A stretch of 64,000 nt of DNA from positions 434,001 to 498,000 of the forward strand of contig RSEE01000040.1 of NCBI GenBank assembly GCA_003971905.1, written 5' to 3'. The translations under genes and the position numbers were made by a program. The notes under the pieces are model-generated. The model was not told the origin of the DNA, searched no databases, and saw only the letters and a list, made by a program, of their open reading frames with translations. Position 1 is the stretch's first letter; each line of letters begins with the position of its first letter. The DNA is from Moniliella sp. 'wahieum' (Eukaryota). Positions 1 through 12,753 of the stretch are shown in pieces.

Positions 1-2290
1 ATCATACATCATACATCATGCATCCTGGCCTGCCATACCCAGTGGCTCTAAGAGCCGCGGCGCCCCAGTACCAACATACTCGTTGCCTCAGCACGTCAGC
101 ACACTCAGCAGCGCCGCCAGAGCCTGAGCACACGGATCAACCTGATCGCGCTGATGCGTGACCGATCATCTGTGAGGCTCCTGCGCCAGCACCGAGAGCT
201 GCCCCGAGCCGCAGCAAACGGGGCGTTGGTGAATGGACAGCGCGGATAACGCGTTTAAACAAGGCTGGGATGTGTCATCGATCTCGGCGTCCTTGGTCGC
301 TACCTCCAGTGCATCATAGCTTCAGCCCCTCAGCGCTCAGCCTCCTCAACACTTCAAGGCAAAGCACCAGCCCCGTTGGACGTTGGGTGGGGCGGCGGCG
401 GCCACACATTCATTCGCCCAGGCACGCACTAATCCATTTGAGGTTCCAGATCACTGATCACATCACCGATTCCCACCGACTCGGGATCCAAAATCCACTG
501 GCCGCCTGACCGCGCATCGGTCACAAGCACTAGCCACTAGGTCATTAGCTTCACTTGACATATCACAATCACTCGTCACTAGATACTATCATATATCAAC
601 AGTCCCTAGTCCTTGGAGAATCGAGAATCGATAACCAGGAAATATTATTCTTTGGTTGCTGCTTTCAAATTGTACTAGCTTCACCCGCCCCACCGGTCGG
701 GTCACCGTCGTCATCCTCGCATGCATGACAGCGTGGAAGGGGTGGGTGATCAGTGACTGGTGATTGTAAAAACACACAGGTGCGAGACAGTGTCGGACTC
801 AGTACTCACTCACTAGGTACTCGACTCAGTACTCACTAATCATTAATCACTAGGCCTTACTCGTCACTTGGAGATCCAAACAGGCTGCGCCCCCTCGGTC
901 TTTCGGACGACGGATAGAAGTTGCTCCCCACTTCTTGTCTGAGGCTTGAGCAGCAGCTTGAGGCCTGAGGGCCTGAGGCCTTAGCCTAAGGCCCAAGGCC
1001 TGATTTGGCCACAATAGAGTGTGGGCACTGCGTGGGCCACCATCGGGTAGTGGCGGGCAAGTAGTGGCCTAGTGGCCGGTGACCACCTCTCTCAGATCAA
1101 TATCATCGTCATCAATCATCGCGGCCACGGGAAATGACGAACTCAAAGCTTATTAAGCCTTTAAGGTTTTAAGCTTTAAGCATTAAGCTTCTAGAGCGTC
1201 GAGGTTGAGCTCCAACGTGCAGCGTCAGCCCCTCAGCGCCCAGCGCCCAGCGCCCAGCCAAAATAGTAGCAAGAGACTGCCCACGCCAACAAGCGTGGCT
1301 GCAAAGCGAGAGGGACTGGCAGGCTTCCATGATACATGTGCATGACTAGCATGCTTGTGACATGCGACGTGTGACATGTGCCCGTGGCCGGTTGACAGCG
1401 ACCAGGCCCCAACGGACGTAGAGGGACAGATGGCAGCGGGAATGCGCTGCGTATGATCGATGATGGAGAGCTAGGCAAAAGTGGGCGGTGGAAGGGGTTA
1501 CACATGGAGAGGGCTTCGGGGATGCGATACCCTGCAGGGAGCATGCCAGCTCTGCATTAAGACTACAGCAGGCGCCGTGGGCTACTGTGGGGGGTGGCGG
1601 CTGCAGTTTGCAAAAACACGAACGTCGCGGCGAGGGCAGGGCTACCAGCAACAAGCCACACAGAGAGACAAGAAAGCGGTCGTATACGTACGGGGTGGTT
1701 TTCGCACTGTATGTACCGCAGGTCCCCTGGCATCGTCGTCGTTCTACACGGCGCACACACCCTTCTCGACATACGTATCACTCTTCTCGCACTTATAAGC
1801 ACTTGAGCGCTAAGCCTGGTTGCGGTTGCCGTCGAACGTTGAACGTTAAACGTTAAACACGCTGAACGTTGAGTACGTTGAGCGCAGAGCGGCGCTCAGG
1901 AGAACTATCGCAGAGGCCGATTATCGATTAGCGAGAGATCGATTACATTTTCCACGTCCGAAGCCAGAAAAAACAGGGCAGGAAGAAGGGCAGAGGGTCG
2001 CCTGTGGGGCGGTCGACAGACCAAGCGCTGCTCCTGCCACTTTTCTGTAACGTAACGAGTATGTAAAACGGGCAACGCGGAACGGGAATCCAGCCACTAG
2101 GCCACTGAGTACTGAGCAGTGAGTACGAGGGTCGCAAGTACTGGCAGTGTAATACGTGCCTGAGCGCCCGAGCGCGGCCGAGCGGGGCTGAGCCGCTGAC
2201 GCTGACCCCTTCCCCACCTCAGCGCCTCAGCGCCTCAGCGCGTTCAACGTTCAACTGAACATTCACACGTTCGCATGCTCTCATCAGACG
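1..2290. repeat. Dense field of 7-bp-period palindromic micro-repeat islands upstream of the HMG-box gene
   Basis: TCAGC-GC-TCAGC 330-341, TGAGG-CC-TGAGG 959-970, TTAAG-CT-TTAAG 1169-1180, TAAAC-GT-TAAAC 1847-1858, TCAAC-GT-TCAAC 2244-2255, plus degenerate AGTACT/ACTAGT/ACATGT runs; no credible ORF. Confidence 0.85.
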
Positions 2291-2635
2291 GCTCCAGCGA
2301 CAGCCGCTGCATCCCTGCTGGACGACAACAAGCAGGCTGGAACAGCTGTGGCTGGCTCTGACCCAGTTGCAACTGCGGTGAACGCGAGCCGGGTATATAG
2401 ATCCAGTCGACGCTCGCCTTGCCCCGTCGCGCTTCCCCCCCGTTCCGATCCCGTCTTGGCCTCCTTCCTCCCCACACAACCACCAAGCCGTGGTGCTCTG
2501 GCACCCGTACCCTCGCTTTCCGTCCGCACCCCGACGCACACTCGCCCATCCCACCACACTTATCCTCTTGCCACCGTCTCACTCCATCCCCCGCTGTCAA
2601 TTCCTTCTGCCTCCGCTTCCGCTCGACCGTCAGCG

Positions 2636-4176
2636 ATGATGAGCACCTTACCCATCGCATCGCCCACCCCGTTTCACCCCCTGATGGGTATGTCGCCGTA
2701 TCTGCCTGTCTCTTTTTTTGGTGACGGCCTCCGCTGTTTCCCGTGCATGACTAACTCTCTTCATTCTAGCTGCCTCCCTCTCGCTCACACGCCACCACAC
2801 GACGCCCCCTCCTCTACCACCCCAAGCCCTTTGTTGGATGGCCCGCCGGGTTTCAGGCAATCATCCGTTGCTTGTACGCCCCGTCGCCTGCCGATACGAC
2901 CGACAGCAAGGCCTCGCGTTGCGATGAGGGGGACGAGTGGGCGCCTCGGCCGCCGAATGCGTGGATCTTGTATCGGAGCGATAAGACCAGGAGCTCAAGC
3001 GGCCATGAACTCTAACCCTCATCTAGCCAGCATGAGCAGCCGGCAGCGGCAGGCTGAGATGTCCGCGCCGATCTCGGTGTTGTGGAAGAACGAGAGCAAG
3101 AGCATCAGGAGAACTATACGCGCCGTGCTGAACAGGAGCGCAAGGAGCACCGACGTCGGTATCCGGTATGTTGCTTTCGTTTTGCTTTTGCAACGGATGA
3201 CTGACACGGCAATTGTTTCGCGGAACTACAAGTACCGTCCCAAGCGCCGGTCGGGCGAGGCAAAGGGGAGCATGTTGAGGGCCCGGCGGCACAGCTCGTT
3301 TGATCCGTTCCAGCTCTCGAGCGACGGAGAGTCAAGGTTACGGTCGGCGATGGGTTCGACTCGCGTGCCTCGTTTGCGGGATACACCTCCACCACCCTGC
3401 CTTCAGCCGCAAGTGGGATGCTCCCCACCTACCCTCTTTCCCACCGATCGAGTGAGGCATTCTACTTGCCGTCCACCTCGGTCGGCACCCAGGCCCCATC
3501 GCCGGCAGTAGCTGGGGATTCGAAGCCCGCTTCACAACACCTGCCCGGCTCAACCCCAACCCCTCTATTCTCGGCGCACTCATTCCCCGGCCCCGTCGCA
3601 TTCCTACTCTACCGACCTCACGCTTCGGCCGGGTTTTGGCGCCCGGCTCTGCTAGCTTCAGCTCTGCCCTTTCCACGCCAGCGCTTTCTCAGCCCTCTCC
3701 TCCTTCTCGAACCGATTCCATTTGGAAACCCGGTATACTTTTCCGATTTTGACGGTCCCAACTTCCTTCCAGTGTTGAACGCGGTGGGCGTAGCCACGGA
3801 AGCCAATGGGACGGGTGAACCGGCTGTGGCGGACATGCCACCGCACACAAGCATGGCAGCTCCCCCTCTCTTCTCTGTCTCGCCCACGTCCCGCCCGCAC
3901 CCAGCTCCTCAAAGTGGGCTGCCTCTCGCGCCGCACCTTGGTAGCGCCCGTCTCTCCTGTCTCGCACCCTGGGATATGGAACCAGGCAAGCCTGCCATTC
4001 TCGCCCCAACGCGGCACGCGAGCCGGCCCCGATTCCTGAGTGGCACAGGCTCTCGCCCGTCTCCCTGCACCCTCACTTGCCCCAAGCTGTGCTTCGCCTC
4101 CCCTCTTCCCTCTTCCCGGCCGGGCTCGTCGGCTTGTCCGACCATCCGAACCACGACGGGCCCCGGGCTATATTGA
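2636..4176 (+). CDS. MATA/Sox-type HMG-box transcription factor
   Basis: Stitched translation PRPPNAWILYRSD (2944-2982)...QAEMS..ISVLWKNESKSIR.NYTRRAEQERKEHRRRYP / NYKYRPKRR. Introns at about 2688-2769 (gtatgt..ctaac..tag) and about 3166-3223 (acceptor reads cgg). Pro/Ser-rich tail. Confidence 0.85.
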
Positions 4177-5689
4177 GGCTACCTCCCCCCCTCATCTCAT
4201 CTCTCCTCTTCGCCCCTCCCGCGTAGTTCGTCTTTCTAGCTTTCAATTGGCTTGCTCTCACGAGCCTCTGGTCCCGTTTTATCCTCACCCTTCTTTGCTT
4301 CCGTTAATGTCCTCTCGTCCCCGTGTTCGCTTCCTTCCCTTCATTCACACGTACTTCCCCACTGCTAATTAAATGCTAGGCTTAGGCTCGGTTCACTGGG
4401 ATTAATGTATTCGCTTTGCATCGCTTGCTCTTCTTTTCTCGTCGTGCTCTTCCCCCCTGCACACCTATAGGCGCACATACACAAAACGGCTGGACATTGG
4501 TAGGTGCACCGGAAGAACTGCGTTGGGCCACTCCCATCTTCGGCGTGGAGGCTTGTGGCGATCTGGTGTCAAGGTCTGAAGCCGGTGCCCACTGAGTGTT
4601 GACTAGACGTGCTATGCCCTTGGCCCACTGGATTACCGGGCCATGGGACAGTACCTTGGCTCCCGACTTTGCTCGGTACCCAATAGGGGGTAGGAAATCT
4701 CTCCTGGAGAAAGGCACGAATCTGGCTCTCGTCCCCATCATTAGTACCCACGAGACCCTGGTTCCGTCCCGGCATAACGCGCAACCTGAAAAATCCCATT
4801 TGAACACCCCGTTGCGCACATCCTTGACGGCTCCAACGACCCACGCCTTATTGACGGCAGGGGCATGCGCCGAGAGTCCCGGGTGGAGCTTGAAGGTTCG
4901 TCCGTGGGTCTGGCGAGCTGGGTGGGTGATACGGGAAAATCGGAATCCGATGCAGGACAATGGGAAGACGCATTCAACCACAAGGAAAAGTGAGTAAATG
5001 GACTAGCCATCGTTGGTTAGACTGTAATCCCACTCGGGAAGGAGGGCAAGGGGCACGACGGGCAACAGAGTAAGTATAGGAGGGGGTGCAACAAGGCCCG
5101 CTACTCTTTCCCATCTATTTTTTTGAGACGGGAGGTGCGGTGGATGGAGCGCGGTGCCGGTGGAACGTCAGAAGCGACCCTTCTTCCTTGTGCGCAACGA
5201 CAGCCTTTATTTGCCTCGACGGGGAAATCGCTTGGCCCACCTGCATTCAAACCAGGCCACGATCCTCATTGCGCATGGACAGTCAAAGAGCGCAGAGAAG
5301 CCATCCCTGTTCTCGATTCTTGTTTTGCCTCATGCTTCTTACCTTTCGTCGCTCCACTTCCATGACCTTCCATTCACCCCCCCGTATCCTGGTACAAACG
5401 CATACGCATGCACACAACGAGTGAAGAGAACCACCTCCGGCCATTCACATGTTGGCTTGGCGAGAGCGCCGGTCGCGCAGAAAAGACACGTCGGCTGAGC
5501 GCCTTCAAGCTTTTTGTTTGCCATCTGCTCACTCCAAGGGGCAAGGCCAAGTGGCACAGAGTGAGCGGAACGCAGCTAGAAACGGTGTAGCCCAGTCAGG
5601 CGCTCGAACGCCCTCGCACTTCGTCGTCACCGTGGGCCAAGATTGGCAAAGGTAGAGGCATGGGCCGATACACTGATGGACGCCCACTC

Positions 5690-7330
5690 TCACGGGCCCA
5701 AGCCATTGTGGTGCAAGGCGGTGGGCGGTTCCGGGCTTGCGGTAGCCGTCGCCCTGCGCGGAAGCACCGACGCTCTCACGGCAAGAGAAGCCGACAAGGC
5801 CGTGCGGGATTGAGTAAAGAAACCAGCCGGAGTTCTCGCTGGGCTGCTTCAATCGAGTACGCATTGCCCCTGCGTGCCAAGAACACCCCCCTCAGCGCAA
5901 GAGCTAACGCGCTGCGTGCCACCTTGATCAGTGCTGCACCCTGGATCACCACAAACACCTGCTCCGGCCAAGAGGGGTTAGCTCTTCTTGTTCTGGATCC
6001 ATGGCTAAGGTGGAACACGGAGACGCATGCATTATTGTTATCTCGATTGGGTGGAGCTGCTACTCTTCACTGGAACGTGCAGCACACCCAGCGCCACCGC
6101 ATCGCCCGCACTCAGCAACAGTTTCTCAAACCCATACGTTTGGCCCGGGAGGGTACGCGGGTTCACCTGCAACGACGTACACGCAAGCGTCCATTCAACT
6201 TCTTGATTCACCTCTGGGCCCCACACCAGTTGCACCCTCTCCGTTGTCTCCTCCATCTATCCTCCGCCGTGACGTTGTCCGCTGTCGGATCCAGCTCCAC
6301 CAACCCAGCCTCTTCTTGCTCTTCCTTACCGGGAAGACTTTTCTGTCGATTGGCATCAGTCTTGGTGTTTGCATGCGTCCCTGTAACCAGTCCAGCCGAG
6401 TTGAGTTGCCGCGCTGGAAGTTTTGTTGCCCTTGTTGAAATGCAACCGGGAAAAGGCGCCTCCGCTCTTGGCGCGGTTGACGCGGTACCCTGGTTCGAGT
6501 GTCGGCTCGGGCACACCACTGCCACCTCCCTCTTCCCCTTTCCCAGGCTCAGACGACCGTATTCCGTCCATTTGCCGCGCCACCATACTAGCGGCTTGAT
6601 CCGGTGCCGCGTTACCCGTTGCAGCAGCCGTCCCTTCTCGCTCTTCTGTCCTTGCTCACGCATTCACATGCTCCTCTTTCAATTTGCTTCCCCTCTCCAT
6701 GCACGCCTCCTTCCCGCCGGCAACACCTTCCTTTTCATGTTCCCGTCCCATAGCGCGTGGAGGGGGGATATATTGGGCTTGGGAAACGGAACAACTTGTC
6801 GAAGAGTTCGACCGTCCAACTTAGTGTTGAGGCGTGCGCGCGCAGCAAGGAGCAATTCGGCCCGCTTGGGTCTTGCGTTGCTCCGAGGGTTGGGCATCGA
6901 CAGTCGACATTGCGGCACTATAGGTTCCGTTTCCGAAGCGGGAGAGGCCAAGACGAAGGTGAAGTCTTGTTTTTACCGCGCTTTTGCTCTTCAGCGCCGC
7001 GTAGCCGTGGCCGTGGGTACGTACGGGCGAGCACGAGAGCGAAAGGAACCAGGTGTGGCTATGATTTCGGGCGACCCAAGGCTGACGCTACATGGTCACA
7101 CTGTCAGCCTCATCTTTGTCCTTATCCTCATCCTCCTCAGCTTCCACCTCGGTCAGCCAGCTGTAGTTGCCCTGTTGGGGCTCGCGGCGCATGCGGTGCG
7201 AGGGCGGGCCGGGCGGGCCGGGAACAGGCGGGCCAAGGGGCGGGAGCGACCGTCGCTGGTGACATGTGCACACCTATCCTGTGTAGGTGCGGCTTCCAAC
7301 ACTGTGCTCGTAGGAGCGCGGGGCGGCCAT
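5690..7330 (-). pseudogene. MIF2: CENP-C/Mif2 kinetochore protein, apparently degenerate
   Basis: CENP-C motif-like RVTRHRIKPLVWWRGKWTEYGR (6553-6624). Cupin domain: EVEWTLACTSLQVNP..YGFEKLL..GDAVALGVLHVP..SRDN / VFVVIQGAALIKVARS..GVFLARRGNAYSIE..LFFTQSR. N-terminal VGSRT..G. Non-conservative changes (PRGN>RRGN, GE>GK), stop codons and a poor intron donor. Confidence 0.7.
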
Positions 7331-7734
7331 GGCACGCTAGAGGCGGGGGCGATGGGGGCCGAGGAGCGGCGCGTGCGATTCCCGACGCGACTGCGTTGGC
7401 GTTCCAGAAGCCCCTGTGCGCCGTTGCGCTCCAGCTAGTTCAGCCAGATCATGTCGATGATGCAATGTTGACGTTGAACGTTGAAATTTGGAATGGCACC
7501 CCAGCGTGTCATATGCCAAGCTCCACACTGCTCATCCGCGGAGACCTCAACCCTAGCCCTGATCGCCTGGGGCATGTTCAAGCTCAAAGATCACAGGTTA
7601 CCGGTTACGTCACATACCTCGCCTGCCTCTGCCCTACTCGCTGTCGCCTAGGTAGATTAGATTGGCGAGGACTGAGTGGAAAAATAACGGATGGGTTGAT
7701 TCCGGGCAATAACATCCAGCGCCACGCGGCTGGC

Positions 7735-9616
<1,882 letters not shown>

Positions 9617-10055
9617 GGCAGGCAGAGCGCAGGGGAAGGAGAGGGGGTAGGGGTGGTGGGGTTTGCTCGCTCGCCGGCCAACATGCGCCAGCGCTCCCCT
9701 GGACAGCGAGGCCGCCCGCCTGCTTTCGACTCCTGCCGCGTACGTAATCACGCCATGCTGATTCGCCCGCGGGAATTGAACGTTGCAAGGGAGGTTGTTC
9801 AATTGGTACACGGCTGCCCATGTGGTGCTGGGTCGACGCACGGAGGCTGCGAGGGTGGGCCAGGCATCATGCATCATGCATCGGTTGAGGAGGCGGATGT
9901 GCTGGGTCGGTGCAACGGCCACTGTCCGCGCCGAAGAGCGGCGTGCGATTCCGCCCTGGGGTGAGGCGGCGGAGCGGATGGGCGGCAGGCGGGATGGAAT
10001 CGGAGAGCAGCAACCCTCACACTCGATGATGCGCCGCCAGCCCAACCCTACCACC

Positions 10056-12172
10056 ATGGCCGCCACCCCACGACGAGCCGCCGCCGCCGCCGCTGCCTGC
10101 GCCCGCTCCAGCACCCGCGGAGGCACCCGCACCACCCCCGACCCCCAGCCCGCCATGTGCCCCCGCCCGCGCCCCCCATCGACAACGAGCCCCAGGGCGC
10201 GCCAGACGCCCCGCCGCCGACGACGCTCACCAGCCCGTCCCTGCCGTTCCCTCGGTCGGCCGCCCGCCGAGGCGCCCTCTGCCGTGACCCCCGACATATG
10301 CCCCCGAGCCTGATGTGCACCACATGTCCCACCCGGCCATGAGGAGCAGCCCCCCCAGCCCGCCGCAGCAGCAGCCCCCCGTATGACCTGACATGCAGAT
10401 GCAGTTGGCCGTTGCAGCTGCGGCTGCAGCCGCCGTGGACCCGCAGCGCGACGCGTCGGCTGGGGAGCGGGTGGATGTGCACGACGCAGCACAGGCACCT
10501 ACGTCCTGGGGCTATCCGCCTGGCTTTGATGTGCTTCAAGCTGGAATTGTGCCGTACACCCAGACGGCGGCAGCGTCGATGGCAGTCAAGACGGACCCGA
10601 GCAACGGCCGTCACTCTACAACACTGGCGGTAATGCCACCGGACGCAAGGCCTGGCTTCCCGAGGAGACAGCCGAACTCATGTCGTCCTTGTACGAGATC
10701 TGCAGCTTCAAGCAGGAGTACAATGGGATCCAGCCGTATGCGATTGTGCTCCGGTGGCATGGTGTCCATGGTGAGCGTTCCACCATTCTGGCCAACCGCA
10801 ACAATATGCAGCTTAAGGACAAGTCGCGCAATGAGCTCCTCCGCCTCAAGCGCGCCAACGAACCCATCCGTTCTGGAAGAACTTGCTGCACAAGACCCTG
10901 TGGGTGCGTGCTTCACTTTTCTGTTTTTTTTTTCATCCGTATCACTGACCTGTTCCGGCCGGGCAGAATGACGAGGCGGAAGGAATCGTCGTGGAACCCA
11001 ACCCGCCCGTGCCGCCCATCGACCAAGCCCTGGGGCACGGCTGGGTACCAAGTGATTTTGGTGGTGGCCATGGCGATATGCGAGGCATGCCTGGTACGCG
11101 GTCTCGTGCGGCCGAGTAGGCGCAGCGTCTAGGAAGGTGCGCCGGTCCCGCCGCCCGAGGATGAGAGGAGGAGGAGGGGATGGAACAGGGGATCGATCCG
11201 CATGCCCAGGCCCAGGCTGCGTTGGCCCAGCTCGTGCCTCCTCCGCCGCCTGTGGCGGGATTGACGGCTCAGCAGCACAGCCAAGCCATGGAAGCCGCTG
11301 CCCAAGCCACTCATGACGCCGAGGGGGGAAAACGAAGGAGCAAGAAGCGCAAGGATGCCCAGGCGGAAGCGATTGCCGCCGCCGCGGCTGCGATGGGTGG
11401 GGGTGGGGACGAAGAGGCGAACGCGCTGCGGCGGGCACCAGTTGGAGGCGCAGGCAGCTACCGCCTCGGCGGCCGCCGCGCAGCTGCACATGCAGGCCCA
11501 GCAAGCCGCTGCCACCTACACTGCCGCGGTCAACCAGCAACAACAGGCCGGCAAACGTTCGGGCAGTTCGCAACGCAGGTCTAATGCCAAGATCTCTTCC
11601 CTCATGCGGCGGCACACCAGACGGCCCAGGCGGCGGCCCAGGCTAGTATTCATGCCTGGCACTTGCACATGCAGCGATTCCTTCCGGACCAGGCACAGGC
11701 CCAGGCGGCGGCAGCGCAAGCCGCGCAAGCGGCGCAAGCGGCGGGCCATGCGGCTCCTCCTGGGATGGACATGGCTCATCTTCAGTCGCAAATGCAGCAG
11801 TACGCAGCGCATGCGCAAGCCCAGCAAGTTGCCTACCAACATGCCGCTGCCCCGGCAGAGCCATTCGAAGTTCCCAAGAAGAAGCGAAAGAACAAGCCAT
11901 CGGATCCTATCGAAGGGCCGGAGGGTGACGGTCCCCGCCCCCAGCACCCGCTCCCACGCTGTCGGGACAGGATGCAGCCACGCACGCGGCGAACCAGGCA
12001 CTGCAGTCGCTTGAAAATGGGGCTTGGAACTTGCCCTCTCGTCCCGAATTCCACTGATGCGCCGGCCGATTTGGCTCCTTCCGCCGATCCCGCCGCCGGC
12101 ATGGCCACAAGCAGCGAGCCGCAACCCGAAGCTGTGGCCGCCCATACCCCCTCTTCGGGCCCGGGCGTCTAG
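10056..12172 (+). CDS. Tbf1/TRF-like telobox Myb-domain DNA-binding protein with Ala/Gln-rich regions
   Basis: Stitched RKAWLPEETAELMSSLYEI...PYAIVLRWHGVHGERSTILANRNNMQLKDKSRNELLRLKRANEPIPFWK (about 10640-10880) resembles the Tbf1 telobox (NRTQVQLKDKARN). Basic NLS-like PKKKRK. Confidence 0.7.
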
Positions 12173-12753
12173 TGTGATGTCCACGCGCTGCGAACCTAAG
12201 TAGTGAGAGTGTACTGCTTGGATTTCTCCTCCTTTCGCTGCCAGAAAAGATCTATGTGTATCGTTTCCTCCTGCCTGCTTTTAGTTTTCCACCAAACTCT
12301 TCTCTCCCGGCGAACGAGCCGTATGTGGTAGTTTTGCTCCAGCACGTAAGGCAGATTCTGACGAACGGGTGGCTGCATCGCTGCTCATCTCGAATGCAGC
12401 GGTCCTGCTTCTTCTGCGCACACGCGCTCTCCTCTCCATCTCGACTCCTGTGGCCCAGCTGTAGAACACCAGGTCACGTCCGTTGTGCTGCCAGCCCATG
12501 GAAGTAAGCCCTCCAGACCGTGGCGAATAATAGAACTGGTAGATGGCCGCTCAGGTGGGGGGAACGCAGTGCAACCCACCCGGGATGTGCATCACTCATA
12601 AGTCTTCGTGGCCCGGCCGGAGCATCCTCATGCTCACGACTCGCCCCCTTCCAGCGCCCTCTCGGACATCTTGTGCACCCTCCCTGCTGGGCCACGCATT
12701 GTCCGCCCCCGTAATAGCCCTGGCGTCCCGCTGCGACGCTCTCTTGCGCACTC

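Noticed and set aside
2636..4176. Mating-type locus suggested by the HMG box
   Set aside because: No homeodomain, pheromone or receptor genes are seen, and basidiomycete HMG regulators are usually not the MAT determinants
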